From assembly GCF_009914755.1 (NCBI RefSeq), contig NC_060934.1: a DNA stretch of 64,000 bases. The stretch is one strand, 5' to 3'. The position numbers and the translations under genes were made by a program. Origin of the DNA: the human T2T-CHM13v2.0 reference genome, Homo sapiens. This document shows, in pieces, positions 12,809 through 26,254 of the stretch. The notes under the pieces were generated by a model. It searched no databases, was not told the DNA's origin, and saw nothing but the letters and a program-made list of their open reading frames with translations. The stretch's first letter is position 1. Every line of letters starts with the position of its first letter.

Positions 12809-13223
12809 TGTATGAGTTTGCTAAGGCTGCCATAACAAAAGTACCACACACTAGGAGGCTTAAACAATAGGAATGTATTGTGTCATTGTTCTGAAAACCA
12901 GAAGTCAGAAATCTAAGTGTTAGAAGGTTCAGTTCCTCCTGAGGGTTGAGAGAAAATCTGTTCCATGCCTCTCCCCTGACTTCTGGTAGCCTTAGGCACT
13001 CCTTGACTTGTAGACGGCATTCTCTGTCTTCACCTTGTCTCCCCTCTATGTGTTTCTGTCTTTGAGTCCGAGGACACCAGTCACACTAGATTAAAGCCAC
13101 CCTAACAGCCTCATCTTAACTTGATCATGTGCAAGAACCCTATTTCCAAATAAGGTCATATTCACAGGTACCAGGGCTAGGATTTGCACGTCTTTTGGGG
13201 TGAACACAATTCAGCCCATAACA
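12809..13223 (-). mobile_element. MLT1C-like solo LTR inserted in a MIR
   Basis: TG...CA; perfect 5-bp TSD GAATT (12804-12808, 13224-13228); 'ggctgccataacaaaagtaccaca', 'ctatttccaaataaggtcatattc'. Confidence 0.93.
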
Positions 13224-16202
13224 GAATTCAAATGCAGGTTTTTCTGTAGGTCGTAAAAAGGACGTGATGAGTCAGCCTGGAGGATTCAAAGAAGGCTTCC
13301 CAGAGAGACTCATGTTCAAGCTGGGCACTGAGGGTAGATCAGGAGTTCTCCAGGTGGAAAAATGGGTAGGGGATTCTAGAAAGAGGCATGAGGTAAGTCT
13401 CTGTTCATGTGCACAAAAGAAATAACCTGCATTTCTTTGTAGACATCCTAGAATTCAGTTGTGGACGAATTTATACAATCTTTCTCCTTTGAGTTTAAAT
13501 TGGCAGGGCCTATCTGCCCAATTGAGGCAAACAGCAAATATATGTGGAGTACCACTTTGTGATAAGACATATGCAATGCCCTGGGGTCTCAGAGGAGAAT
13601 CAAACAGAGTCCCTGCTGCCCTGGAGCTTACAGCCCAGGTCAGCATTCAGTGAGCCTACATGAAAGATAACTAACGAAATGAGAATAAGACATGTATGTC
13701 ATAAGTCTGAAGTAAGTGGGACAGATAGAAAGTTTTATTGCCATTCACAGGAGAGGGACAGCTTGGCGGCCTGGAGCAATCATGGAAGGCTTCCTGGTGG
13801 CAGACTCTAGGACTGGGATTTGATAGAGGGCTTGGATATGGCAGTGGGTAAGGGCTGCGGCATTCTAGACAAGGAGAACAGCATAGCCAGGACTGCTGGA
13901 AGCCAGGCTGGGGTTGGAGAATGGCAAAATCTCGAGTGCCAGCCCAGGAGGTTGGGTTTTATGCTCAGGGCCCTGGTTTCACCACCTGGCTGCTGTCATT
14001 CTTCTGCTGGTGGGCAGATTGCATGTGAGCCTGCACCACTGGAGCTGCACCCAGTTTGGCCAGCACTGTGGCACATCCTGACGACACAGACCCTGGGGCC
14101 TGCAGGGACCAGCAGGGGTGGTAGGAATGGCTCCTGCATTTGGGACAGGCGCCAGGAGATGACTGTTAGGGCTGCGGCTCCAGTGACTAGATAAGAACAG
14201 ACATCAAAAGCAGGCAATTGCTGTTCTTCCCACAAAGGGCACCCTGGGAGGGGTGGCCCTGCTAAGAGCTCAGCTCAGCAGTCTCCCTGTGGGGGGCCGG
14301 GGATGGCTGTGTCATGGCTGCAGCCCCCAATTCACAGTTATTAAGCTAAATGACTGCCTCCCAAGCACAGTGGCACCAACCCTCCATCAGTTCACAGACC
14401 TCCCTGGGAGCTCTGCTTTCATCCCTCAGCGCCACCTCGCCTCCCTCCCTGGCCTTCAGAAGGTGGAAGGGCTGCTCTTCCCCACTGGCTGGGAAGGGAG
14501 AAGGCCTTCCTCTCAGGGAGGCAGGAAAGAGTTGATTAAGACAAACCCACAGCAATGCCTCCTCTCCCAGGGGCCCTGGTGTGAGGGCAGAGGATGCAGG
14601 TAGAGTCCTGGGCTGCACAACAGGCGCCTGGTTCTAGTCCTGGCCCAGCACTGATCCACTGGGGAAACCTGGGCCCGTCAGTCCTCCCTCTGTCTCAGCT
14701 TCCTCTCCAACAAATGGGGAAAATGACATTGATGTGTGGATAAAATATTTTCTTACTGGATAAGAAAGAGCTTTCAAGACAAACATTCTGCCTTTTGAGT
14801 GTTTTGGAAAATATATAAGCAATACAATTCTAGTTTTTCAAACAAACCTAGTAAGGAAGGGGTGACTCAGGTCAGCAACCCTCCTACTGGCACGAAGGGT
14901 CCCAGAAGTAAACAGTCTCTGACTCCATCCCATTTGTGTGTTTACAAATCTTAAATTACATGATCAAGAACCAGGGACCAGACAACCAGAACCTAGCCGT
15001 CACCAATTAAGAAGTCAGGATTAAGGACTCGTGGACTGACGGTAGATGCCAGTGGAAACGCTAATCCCTGTGAACCTTTCCAGGAACACATTGATACAGT
15101 GAATGTTTTCACTCAGCCAAGAAAGTCTCCTTGAAAGCTCTGCTCTTCTAGGAAGGCCTCCCAATTTCTCCTGTGCAACACTGCACGGGAGGGGTTTGCT
15201 AGTGTGTCTGTGTCTTTCCTAGATGTGAGTGCCTTTGGCTTGGAAACCACATCATTGCTGTGCCCCCAGAACCTGGCACAGTGCCTGGTGGGAGTAGGTG
15301 GTCAGGGAGCAAATGTGAATCAAAATTCTGTCTGAGCCCCTGCCGGGGCACATCAGTGATGTCCAGCAGCATCAGGCACTGTAGGGGATGCTGAGGACTG
15401 GTCTGATTATTGCTCCAAACGTGTGCCCTGGAGGAAAACGGAGAGTGGCTAACAGGGTTGGGCAGTGTGGACAGAAGGTGGGCATGTGAGGGACTCCAGG
15501 AAGGGGGTCAGGGGGCTTCTCAAGAGAGGCACTTGGCTTGGACTTTGAGGGATGGGCAGGCATTAGGCAGTTGGAGGAATGAGGGTATTCCAGGGGAGCA
15601 GAAACATGACTGAGTGCCTGGAGACTGCCAGGAACTTTATGAAGCATGTCCCGTTCTATCCTTCCCACACCGGTGTGTAGACAATATTATCTCCATCTTG
15701 CAGACGAGGAAGTGCAGGCTTTGCAAGGCTAGGTGATTTTTTTTATGTTCGCACACAGAGGTGGGTTTGAGTTCAGGTCTGTTCATCTAATGGGGACACT
15801 AGGACATGGGCAGAGACAGGAGAGGGTGTAGTCAGAGAGCAGAGGGGGACTAGGAAAAGGGACAGGCTAGAGACACTATGGGGCCTCTCCTTTCCAAAAT
15901 AATTTCTCAGATCTCATATTTGGCCCTGGGGCTTCCAGCCTGATAGGTTAGATTTTGCCCCCATCAGACAGTAAGGAAACTAAGACTTAGAAAAGGGATG
16001 TGTTTTGCTGCTCTGCCAGAGATGGTTTAGGATAGGTACAGACAAAAAGGGGTGTCTCCACCAGGATGTCAGCTCTGCAAGGGTAGGGCTGCACTGGCTT
16101 GCTCAGCATCGCACCTCCAGGGTCAGAGTAGAGCCTGAGTCACAGCAAGCGCACAGTAAATGTTGCAAAATGAACATGTGAATAAATGTAGGGGACTTCC
16201 AA

Positions 16203-16489
16203 GGAGAGAGAGAGAGACAGAGAGAGACAGAGTATGTGTGTGTGTATGTGTGTATGTGTGTGTGTGTGAGTGACAGTTTGTGTATGTGTGTGTGTGAGAG
16301 ACTGTGTGTGCATGTGTGTTTGTGTGAGAGAGAATGTGTGTGTGTTTGTGTGTGTGTTTTTGAGAGACAGTGTGTGTATGTGTGTGTGAGAGAGAAGTGT
16401 GTGTGTGTGAGACAGAGAGAGACTGTGTGTGTGTGAGAGAGAGACAGAGAGAGACTGTGTGTATGAGAAAGAGAGTGTGTGTGTGTATT

Positions 16490-16520
<31 letters not shown>
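16203..16520. repeat. Compound (GA)n/(TG)n microsatellite
   Basis: Seen directly. Confidence 0.95.
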
Positions 16521-16522
<2 letters not shown>

Positions 16523-16729
16523 CTGACAGTGCTGCCTTTAGATGAAAACCTGGATGATCTTAGAAGTTCTCCAAAGGGTGCTTTCTCACCTGTAACACAG
16601 AGAGAGCTACAGGCAGTGAATTTATTAAGAGCTTGCTCTGTCCTGGAAACTGAGCAAGGCTCCAGGGACACAGACACACTAATCACACTAATCCTGTCAT
16701 GGAGTTTATAGAATTTGTGGAAGACAAAC

Positions 16730-17270
16730 ACTCATTGCTCATCCAACAGATGGCAGAGGTGATGGGGCAGCATCCTAGGCCACGGGGAGAGAGTAGAGAA
16801 TGAGACAGTCAAGGTCCCTATCCTCAGAAAGCTTACTTTTTTAGCTGGGGAGGACAGAGAATAAATCAGAAAGCAACCAAAACCAAAATGAAAATGAAAC
16901 CAGAGGTGCCAGATGACCTGGGACAGTGACAATTGCAATGAAGATAACAAAAGAGGGGAAGAGTGATTGGTCTGGGGACTGGTGGAAAGAGGGTCAGGAA
17001 AGGCCTCTCCCAGCAGGTGCCATTTGAACTGAGTCCTGCTTGGTGCACCTAAGCCAGATGGGGAAGATTTGGAGAAAGAGCATTTCCAGTGGAGCAAACA
17101 GCATGTGCAAAGGCCCTGAGGTAGGTCTGGGCTTGCATTCTGAAGGAATAGAAGGAGGCTGCTGTGGCTGGAGCCCATTGAGTGATCAGGGGAGAGGAGG
17201 GAAGGAGAGGAGGCTGAGATGGAGAGGCGGGACCCATCATGCAGGGCTGTGCCTGGTGGGTGGAGTTTTT
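16730..17270 (-). mobile_element. L2a fragment
   Basis: 'gtcaggaaaggcctctc', 'catttgaactgag', 'aacagcatgtgcaaaggccctgagg'. Confidence 0.85.
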
Positions 17271-17664
17271 GTAACTGCTACAGGAGGGATTTGGTCAGGC
17301 TAGCCATAACAGTCCAACATGTAAGTGTTGACAAAACAAGGAACTCTACTAATGAAGTGCTGCAAGAGGCTATGAAGGCGAAGTGTAAGATGCCATGGTA
17401 GCAATTGTGTCGCCAAGAGGAGAAGCAACAGGACCAGATGGGCTCCTTAAAAGGGACACACTGGAAGGGGGTGAGTGACGCAGCAGAGACATTAGTGCTG
17501 AGGTTGGCTGAAGCCAGAGTTAAGGAGGTGGCAGGGAGGATGCGCAAGTGTGAATAGATGGCTGAGTTTCCTTGGATCCGGTAGAATCTGCAGGCCTGGT
17601 TGGTCCCAAGACTGTCGTAAGAAAAGGAGGGCCATGCTGGGAGCTGGAAGAAACCTGCAGCAGG

Positions 17665-18104
17665 TTGGTGGTTGAATGGAGTCCCTTCACAAGTTCTGTC
17701 TGTTGGAACCTCAGAATGTGACCTTATTTGGAATAAAGGTTTTTGCAGATGCAACTAAGGTAAGGATCTCAAGGTGAGATCATTCTGCATTAGGCTGGTC
17801 CCTAAATCCAATGACAAGTGTCCTCATAAGCAACAGAAAAGATGCTGAGACACAAGGAGGAAGGGAAATGAAGACAGAGGCAGAGATCTGAGTGATGTAG
17901 CCACAAGCCAAGGATCTCCAGGAGCCCCCAGAAGCTGGAAGAGGAAAGAACGGTTCTCCCCTGGAGCGTTCAGAGGGAGCCTGGTGCTCCTGACACTTTG
18001 ATTTCAGACTTGTGGCCTCCAGAGCTGTAAGAGGTTGCATTTCTGTTGTGTTAAGCCACTAAGTTTGTGGTAATTTTCTGTGGCAGCCCTAAGAAACACA
18101 GACA
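17665..18104 (+). mobile_element. MLT1C-like solo LTR
   Basis: 'aatgtgaccttatttggaa', 'ccacaagccaagga', 'agaagctggaagagg', 'ttaagccactaagtttgtggtaatt'. Confidence 0.92.
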
Positions 18105-18239
18105 ATGCCCTGTGAGAAGCCCCAGCTCATACTGCTCCTGTGATTATGGCTCTCTGCTTGGATCTGTTTTGAAGAGCTCTGCTCTGTTCCTATTTTGCTG
18201 CACTCCCCCCTCCTCTCCCCGCCCCCCCAACCATCTATA

Positions 18240-18600
18240 TTAGAATAAGATTGAATTTTCTAGCTTGGGTTACTAAGCTTTCAGATCTCCAAAGTGTGGC
18301 CATTAATCAGCTGTCATGGGATGTCGTAAACAAGGGGCTTTAAAAACCATGTTTGCTTTTTAGGCTGATAATACTTGGAGGTGAAGCTGGGAGAGTTATA
18401 CATAATGCATGCATTTTAATGGGCCACGCACTAGAGCCCTCTTTAGTCCGAATGATTCGTTTTAATGTTCAAAATAAATATCAGAGACAATTTGCCAACA
18501 AAGCCGATTTTCTCCGCCCGCCATTAACTTAATCTTTATACCTCAGCCTAATGACAGAGGGGCTGGGGGGCAGAAGGAGGGCTTTGGATTGCAAATAAGT
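18240..18600. promoter_or_regulatory. Candidate developmental enhancer / conserved non-coding element
   Basis: Repeat-free AT-rich island; CTGTCA (MEIS) 18311-18316; GTCGTAAA (posterior HOX) 18323-18330 overlapping GTAAACAA (FOX); multiple TAAT. Confidence 0.45.
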
Positions 18601-18632
18601 GGGGAAAAGCAGTTGGCATGGTCACGGGCCAT

Positions 18633-18777
18633 GGGGTGACTGCATGTCTCGGATTGTACAGGATAGTCCTGATTTATGCCCAATGTCCTGGAGATATTCT
18701 GAGGTTGGTTTGAGTGCTGCTGCCAATATTTAAATGTTTTTGATGGACCAAATAACAAGTTCATATGGTTTAACCTA
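18633..18777. mobile_element. MER94-like hAT-Blackjack MITE
   Basis: 'gggtgactgcatgtctcggattg...gtcctgatttatgcc...tgtcctgg' ... 'atatggt'. Confidence 0.6.
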
Positions 18778-19366
18778 AATATATAAATAGCTCTTGGTTT
18801 GTTTGATAACTTACATGGTTATGGTAAATATGCCCTTTATAGGTGGGGAAACTGAGGCACTGAGAGCCAAAGAGCATTGCCTGGGGACATGGAGCTCCAT
18901 GGAGGCTGAGCTCCAGGCTCCCTGGGTGCTCCTGCTCCCAGCCCAGGTGATTTCCTCTTGGAGTGTGTCCAAATTGTCACTGCCCTCTCTCTGCCCCAGC
19001 TTGTCCAGCTCCTGCCTGCTCTTGGGCTCTCAGCCTCAAGGGCTTCTTGCTGCACCTTTGGAAGGTAAACCTTGAAGGCACTCTTTGTTCTGCCCCAGGT
19101 CTCCTGGGGTGGTGATGCTTGAGGAAGGATCAGCAAACCCACTGTCCAAACCTGGGCATGGCACCGTGGTGCATATCAGTCTTGATCACCCGCAATATGG
19201 AACCATGGAGACTAATCACACATACTTACAGTTAAGTAATTTTGGATAATTGACACATATTTGGAGTAAGGTATGATCCTTGCTTTTTTGAAGGTTACTG
19301 AAGGTAGGATGGGGAAACAAGATGAATATTCCTCCATATTTTGAGGTTGATTTTTTGAATTCACTT

Positions 19367-19668
19367 ATTTTTTTTTTAAGAGACAGAGTCTTAGTCTGTT
19401 GCCCAGGCTGGAGTGCAGCGGTCTTATCATAGCTCACTGTAGCCTTGGACTCTTGGGCTCAAGTGATCCTCTTGCCTCAGCCTCCCTAGTACCTGGGAGC
19501 TAGAGGTGCGCACCACTATGCCTGGCTAATTTTATTTGTTTATTTTTGTATGGACAGGGTCACTTCACTATATTGCCCATGCTGGTCTTGAACTCCTGGC
19601 CTCAAGTGATGCTCCTGCCTTAGCCTCCAAAGCACTGGGGTTACAAGCATGGGCCACCCTGCCCAGCC
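19367..19668 (-). mobile_element. AluJ (Jo-like)
   Basis: Full antisense dimer; 'atcatagctcactgtagcc', 'gggctcaagtgatcctc'. Confidence 0.95.
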
Positions 19669-20254
19669 TGGAATTATTTATTCTTTCTTTTATTCATTTA
19701 ATAACTATGGAGTCCTCAAGTGCCAGGTGTTCGGCTGTGGTCAGGATAAATTCACCTAAATATCCAGATTTCTGGCATTCTGGAAAAATGGTCAGATTTG
19801 GCTCCCCACCCCGCGTTCTTGCCTGGCAGCTCTTGGCTGGCACAGAGCTGTGGCACCCTCCCAGCCTCCCTTCACGTAGCCCATATTATTCTCCTCTGTG
19901 CCACCTGCCTGGCCCCAGCAGGCACTTGAGTTTGGGAACACTGGTTGATCTCTGCCTCCTATATACCAAAACTGGGCATATAGTAGGTGCCAAAAAAATT
20001 CTTGCCATTTGTTGCATGAAACTGACTCCAGATGGTTCTCCTTAAAAGGTCCTCATCTTCCTTCAAACACTTCCACAGCTCCATCCATGTGTTCTGGAGG
20101 AGAACAAGTGCTAGCTCCTCCATGAGTGAGCTCAGCTTGGGGAGGGGACCCTGATGGGCCAACACCCAACCTGGGCATCCTAGAAGTGGGTACGCACACC
20201 ATGGGCACATCAGCCTTGGTGAGAATGCAAACCTGCCCCCCACCCCCGACATCT

Positions 20255-20960
20255 ATCAAAACTTGAAAATTTCATGCTCTTTGGCCCAGGTATTCCAGGG
20301 CCACATTCCACAGATGAGTTTGCAGAAGTGCATCAGGATACAGATGCAAGCCTGAGGGTTACAAAATTGTTTGCAGCAGCAACTAGAAACCCCAAAATGT
20401 CCATCAGAAGGGCGTAAGTATGTGAGACATGGTGCTTCCATGCCAACGGCTCTAGGAGAGAATGGGGCAGATATGGAGATATGTGCTGATATGGAGAGAT
20501 TCAGAGATGCATTTTCAGCAAAATAAAGCAAGGAGCAGAGCAGTGTGTATGAACACATTTTGTGTATAAAAGACAAGTGAAAGCATGGGTTGATGTGAAC
20601 GCTGGCTCTGCCACTTACCCACTGTGTGACTTGGGCAAGTCACTTAACCTCTCTGGGAGTCATTACCTAGGCTGTAAACTGGAACTAATAATAGCGTCTC
20701 ATCATAGAGTTGCTGTGATATCTCATGCATTAATATATAGAGAGAGCATGAAAAGAGCTGGGGCCAGAATAAGACCTCTTTGGCTGTTATTATTACTGTA
20801 TATGCACATATATGTCTTTATATTCTGGAAGAACACAAAATATTAGCAGGAGATAGTTTTGTTATTGAGAGAGGTTTGGAAGGAGAGATCTTTTTATTTT
20901 ACATCTTTATGAACAGTTCAAAATTTTTATCATAGGCATTTTTAAAACTTTTATTTCAAA
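20255..20960 (+). mobile_element. L1ME 3' fragment interrupted by a MIR (about 20580-20795)
   Basis: 'ctttggcccaggtattcca', 'aaaccccaaaatgtccatca'; MIR core 'tgtgtgacttgggcaagtcacttaacctctctg'. Confidence 0.65.
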
Positions 20961-23084
20961 ATAAGCGAAAACAAATTGACCAACCACCAGGGAGGAATCT
21001 CTTTCTGTCTGGGGTAAAGTGGGAGCTGGGAAAGTTAACTGAGGAGGTTGCCTCGGAGCTGGACCTTAAAGGATCACCCAGGCAGAGAAAAGAGCTGAAG
21101 GACGGGCATTCCGGCTGGGAAAACCAGCATGCATGAACGTCCAGAGGCAGGAGTGATCAGAGGGAGTAGTGAGGGCTCAGATTTGGGGATCACAGATGAG
21201 CAGCTGAGATGAGACTGGAGGGATCAATGAAAGACTTTGTGGGCAGGGTTCAGACCTCCTGTACTCAAATCCATGTTTGCTTTTAGGTGATGAAGAATAG
21301 ATGACATATTTTTTAGCTGGATACAGAAATGCAACATGCGCATTTTGCCAGATAAGAAAACCGCAGTCCAGAGGAGTGAAGGGTCTTTCCTGAGGTTCCA
21401 CATCAAGTTAGAGGCATAGAGGGTCACTGGCTGCTGGTGTCATCTTGTTCTGCCACATAGTACATGCTTCATCAGCCCCACCTGACATTATTTCACTGTA
21501 AGGTTGGGGAAACTGAGGTTCAGCAGGGAGGCTACTTGTTTCTTTTTGTGTAGTCTGTCTCCCCAGTCAGCGAAGGCTCTTGGAAGGCAGGACCTGTGAC
21601 TGTTCTGTGGACTAACGCTTGCCCCAGGGCCCAGGACTGGCACGTAATAGGCGTGCAGTAAATGTCTGTGGAATGTGAGAATAAAACAAGGTCATGTGGG
21701 AAGTCAAGGGCAGGCAGAACAGAAACCCAGGTCTCTGTCTCTGGACCTGCAGGCTGGGCTGTATTCAGTGCACTGGGAAACCTGAACTCTTGGTGCTGAA
21801 AGGGAGCCTTGGGTATCTTGAGAGTAGGGCCTGGGTTTTGTGGTCCATATTGCCCTTGGTGAATGAATGAAGGAAGGAGAGAATGCACATATGTATGCAT
21901 CAATGAGAGGATCTGGTCCAGCCCTTTCATGAAGCCCAGAGAGGGGAAGAGCCTGGATAAGGCTGCATAGCTGGTGGGCCCAGGGCCAGCTCAGAGCAGG
22001 GCCTCAGACAATGTCAGCTGAATGAATGATACAGCTTCCCTGCTTGACATGGGGCAGGGACCCTTTCTCTCCCTACAGGGGCAGTTCTGCAGGGATGGGA
22101 TCATCTTTTCAAGCCACTGCCTGGGTCTTTGCATCACTCATCATCACCCCAGGAATGACATTAACAGTGGGCCCAGCTGCTTGTGACCGGCCTGCTCCCC
22201 GCACCCTCCCCATCACCTCACACTGGCACATGGACCACAGTGGGCCTCTAGGGAGCCCTACCCCTTTTCCCAAGATGGGAGGCCGGAGCAGGGACTGAGT
22301 CCTGGTGTGGCCTCATGTTGCTGTGCCCTTGTCCTCGCCCCTTCCTTTCCTCTGCACCTCGGTTTCTGCTTCTCCAACCTATGTTCTTCGGTGCTGCCCT
22401 TGGTGTGGGGATGGGATAGTGCGGAAGAGAGAGCAGGACTGGGGCTTGATCGCCTGGACCCAAACCCTGCTCTACCCTGACCAGCTCTGCAGCTGGCCTG
22501 GGGCGAGGCACTCACCTCTCTGAGCTTGGAGCTTCTCCCTGAAAGATGGGTGAGAATCCATTCTCCACCCTAGTCTGTGATGAGGGCTGGGTAACGCTGT
22601 GCCGGTTACCCAGTACCTGTCCAGCACCTGCCCTGTGCACGTTCTGGAAGTATGGCCAGTACTTTCATTACCTCTTCAGCGTCATTGCCCCCATCCTGGC
22701 ATCCTAGCACCTGGCCCTCATTTGGATAATGCTTTATCCAAAGATAAAGCATTCTGTGCGATGGAACATTCCATCTCCAAGCCTTTGCTGTCACTTGTGC
22801 CTGAAATGCCCTCTCGCTGTCGCTCTGAATCGGAGACCCCCTGTTTGCCCCCTGACCTGGCCTGTGTCTCAGAATCCCTCTGGATTCACGCTCTTTCCTC
22901 TGGGTGCCCTACAGCCCAGGCCCTTCCTCTGCAGGGTCCCATCTGCAGGCTGCCCCACCATCCGGGCCCTCCACTTCTCTCTGTTCCTGGCACAGCTGTG
23001 ACTGTCTCTCCCTGCCTCAGTACCCCGGAGGGTGTAGAGTGTCTGGATCAGGCTCTTTACCTCCCCAGCCTCACAGCCAAGGCT

Positions 23085-23332
23085 AAGAGAGGAGAAATGC
23101 CTGGGTTCAATTCCCAGCTCTGCCACTCCCCAGCTCTGTGACCTGGGGCAAGTATCTTCCCCTCTCTGAGCCTCAGTGTCCTCCTCTGTGCAGTGGGGAT
23201 GTTGTCAGCCTTTGCTTGGCCGGGTTGTAGTGGAGATCATGTGAATCCACATCTGAGATTGCTTAGGATGGGTGCCCAGCTTCCCCTAAGGCCTGTGTGA
23301 GTGTTTGCTGTCATTATTGTTATTATTGTTGC
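23085..23332 (+). mobile_element. MIR
   Basis: 'cctgggttcaattcccagctctgccact...ctgtgacctggggcaagt...ctctctgagcctcagt'. Confidence 0.85.
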
Positions 23333-24030
23333 TGTGGACACCAACACTCCCAAGGCTACAGAGCAGATAAGGAAGTGGGGTATCCTGGGTAGAGCGGCTG
23401 GGCCCAATGCCAAAGTCCAGCCAGTCTGCCCACCCATCTCCCTCCCACCTCTGAGGCCTCAGAGCTGCCAGCTCTTGAGGAGGGAGCTATGTATGTGCTG
23501 GGATTTCTGGAGGGGGAAGGAGAGCCCAGTGGGAGGAGGTAGTGCCCTTCTCCCCACCAGGGGTGGTTCTGGGAGGGGCAGGTGAGTGGCAGGGGATGTT
23601 GGAACAACAGAGCTCCTGTTTACCGTGAGGGACCTTAATATTGTGACTGCTGCTTCTGCTCTGCCTCCCTGCTGTCTCACTTGGCAAATATGCTCCCTGG
23701 GGACCACGCAGGACTGGCTGCTCCCCCAGCTCCTTCTCTCCTGGGAACAGCCAGGGGAGGGGGAGCCGTGCCTCCACTTCCTCCAGAGGCCTTTCTCTCC
23801 CTTCTGCGTGGTAATGCCTGGCTGGGGAGGCACAACTTGAATCACAGTGGCGGGGAGACTTCTGGCCCCACGCCCTGCTTGCTGTGTGACCGTGGGTGCA
23901 GCACCTCATCTCTCTGAGCCTCAGTTTCCCTACTTGGGAAGTAAAGGGCTTAGTCTACAGCTCCAAAAAGTTATGAAAATTATTCTTTTTCTCTTCACCA
24001 GGAGAAGAAAAAGGAGACTTTCATTCAAAG

Positions 24031-24054
24031 TTGTGGTGGTTGTGGTGGTGGTGG

Positions 24055-24096
<42 letters not shown>
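24031..24096. repeat. (GTG)n followed by (TG)n microsatellite
   Basis: Seen directly. Confidence 0.95.
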
Positions 24097-24098
<2 letters not shown>

Positions 24099-25701
24099 CT
24101 AAAATGCAACCCTTCCTCCTTCCCCTAGGAAAGGCTAGCTTCAGGTAGGCCTGCTTCCCCCACTCCACCTTCCTCCAGGAAGCCGTCCCTGACCACCCCT
24201 CTCTCCAGCTGGGTTAGAGTCCTCTGGGCACCCGTAACACTGGCTTTCCTCTCTTAAGGCACCTGTGTCTCACCTACTCTAGTACCAGGCCTGGTCTGAG
24301 GGGCCTCACCCCAACCACAGCATAGAGCCTGGCAGAGCAGCCTCACTGCCTATGGAACTACTCTAAGATGAGACAATGGGAGTGATTTCTGGACTTTCAG
24401 ACCAGGGCAATTTCCTGGGTGTCAGGATGTGGGTGGGCGTGGGAGTGGGAGTGGAAGGCCCTGCTCTCAGGATCTGTGGAGCCTCTCCCTATAGAATCTT
24501 GAACGACAGAGCTGGGCAGGTGGTCCCTAGGACACACAGTGAGATGTTAACTCTCATTTCCCAGGCCTGATTCTGTATGTGGGCCTAGTTTGAGGCCTCT
24601 GTACCTCCAAGTGAGCCTTGCCCCAGAGAGCACGGCCCCAGAGAGCATGGCCAGGCCCAGCTACGGCAGCTGGCATGGCCCTGTCTGATCCTCCCTTTCA
24701 TTCTGGGCCTCTCTGAACATCCGGCCCTGTGCCCTCCATCCTTGGTGTTCAAAGCTTCACAGAAGCAGCTCAGCAGGAAATGAGAGTGCTCTGACCCCTC
24801 TAGTCCCTTAAACTCTTTTAAAGGAAGAAATACCCTGATGGGAGTGTCTTCTGGCAGATTTACATTTTTTAAAAAATGCCAGTCACTGCTCTACAAAATG
24901 GGAAGCCCAGGCTCTAGAGTGAAGATCAAGGTGCAGAGAGCTGGGTGGCCGACTTTTCTCATCATTCTGCTCTGGGCCAAGGGCTGCTTCTCACCCTGCT
25001 TCCCCAGAGAGTAGCCACAGGGCCAGGCTCCCTCCATCTCCTCTCCCTGCCCAGCTCTAGCTTGGCCCATGGCTCTCTGAACCTCCCACTGCACTCCTGC
25101 TTCTGTTTTTGTGGGTGCCTGACCTCCACCAAGCATCTCCTTCCCCTCCTAGCTCCTGACCCGAGGCCTTGGAGGAACCCTCCCTAGGTTCCAACTGGGA
25201 GGGCATCCCTCCACTACATGTCCTTTGAGACTGGTTCTAGAGCCCAGCATCAGGAAACTATACAGGTTTGGAGCCCAAGAGATCTGAATTTAAAGTTTAG
25301 CTCTATAGCCATCAGCTTTGGAATTTGGGCAACTCACAAACTCTCCCTGAGCCTCAGGTTTCCCATCCAGAAAGTGGGTATAAAAGCACCCATCTGAGAG
25401 AGTGACTGCAAGACGGTGAATGAATGTGTGTGATGTGCCTAGCAGCCAGCCTGAGAACAGTTCTGTTCCAAGTGGGGCCCAGGACTGGTGCCATCCGCAG
25501 ACTGGTCATAATAGAAATGGAGAGTGAGAATACTTGTACAGCAGCTTGACAAGATGGTGACATTTTAGCTTATTTCATGAAAGCATTTCCAACAAATTGG
25601 AAAATAAACTGATTGGAAATGAAACAAACTGGTTCTTCCACACTTAGACTTTGAGACGTCTTACTCAGCATGGAAGAAATCTCAAGAAACAGTGGTTATT
25701 T

Positions 25702-25915
25702 TCATCCATCCATCCACCCATCCACCCACCTATCCACCCATATGCCCACCCACCCACCCATCCACCCATACGCCCACCCACCCATCCATCTACCCACTCA
25801 TCCATCCACACATCCACCCACCCACCCACCCATCCACCCATCCACCCATCCACCCATCCACCCATCCACCCATCCATCCATCCATCCATCCACCCACCCA
25901 TCCATCCATCCATCC
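25702..25915. repeat. (CCAT/CCAC)n tetranucleotide repeat
   Basis: Seen directly; explains the His/Pro-rich and Trp/Gly-rich ORFs here. Confidence 0.95.
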
Positions 25916-26254
25916 GTAGATTCACCCCTCACGGTGAATTCATCCCTCATGGCGGATGCTCAGAGGACCTAAATTTGGCTCTGGCTGTGACTCTTCATTT
26001 ATTGAGCTTTGTTGGGGTAGATGAGAGAGGTCTGTATGTTCCCCAAATTTCTTCAGGCAGAGGCAGCTCTGAATTATATCATATTGTCAGGGGTAGGGCC
26101 AGGAGAAGCCCCATCCCCCAATTGCACCCCTTGCCCTTGCTTGGCTCCTGCTTTCATTTTCATCAGGAAAACCCGGGTAGGATTTACTCTAAGTCTGTTC
26201 TTCATCTTCCCAAAACTCAAAGTCAGGAGTTTGTCCCCCACTCCACCTCCCCCA

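Noticed and set aside
15278-15382. Tail-to-tail L2 ends forming an inverted repeat (acagtgcctggtg / catcaggcactgt), the architecture of some L2-derived miRNAs
   Set aside because: Only about 13 bp pair well and the loop is about 80 nt; it does not look like a pre-miRNA hairpin
16123-16731. His/Thr- and Cys/Val-rich ORFs
   Set aside because: Translation of the (TG)/(GA) microsatellite
24620-24652. 15-bp tandem duplication gccccagagagca(c/t)g
   Set aside because: Ordinary short slippage duplication with no further structure
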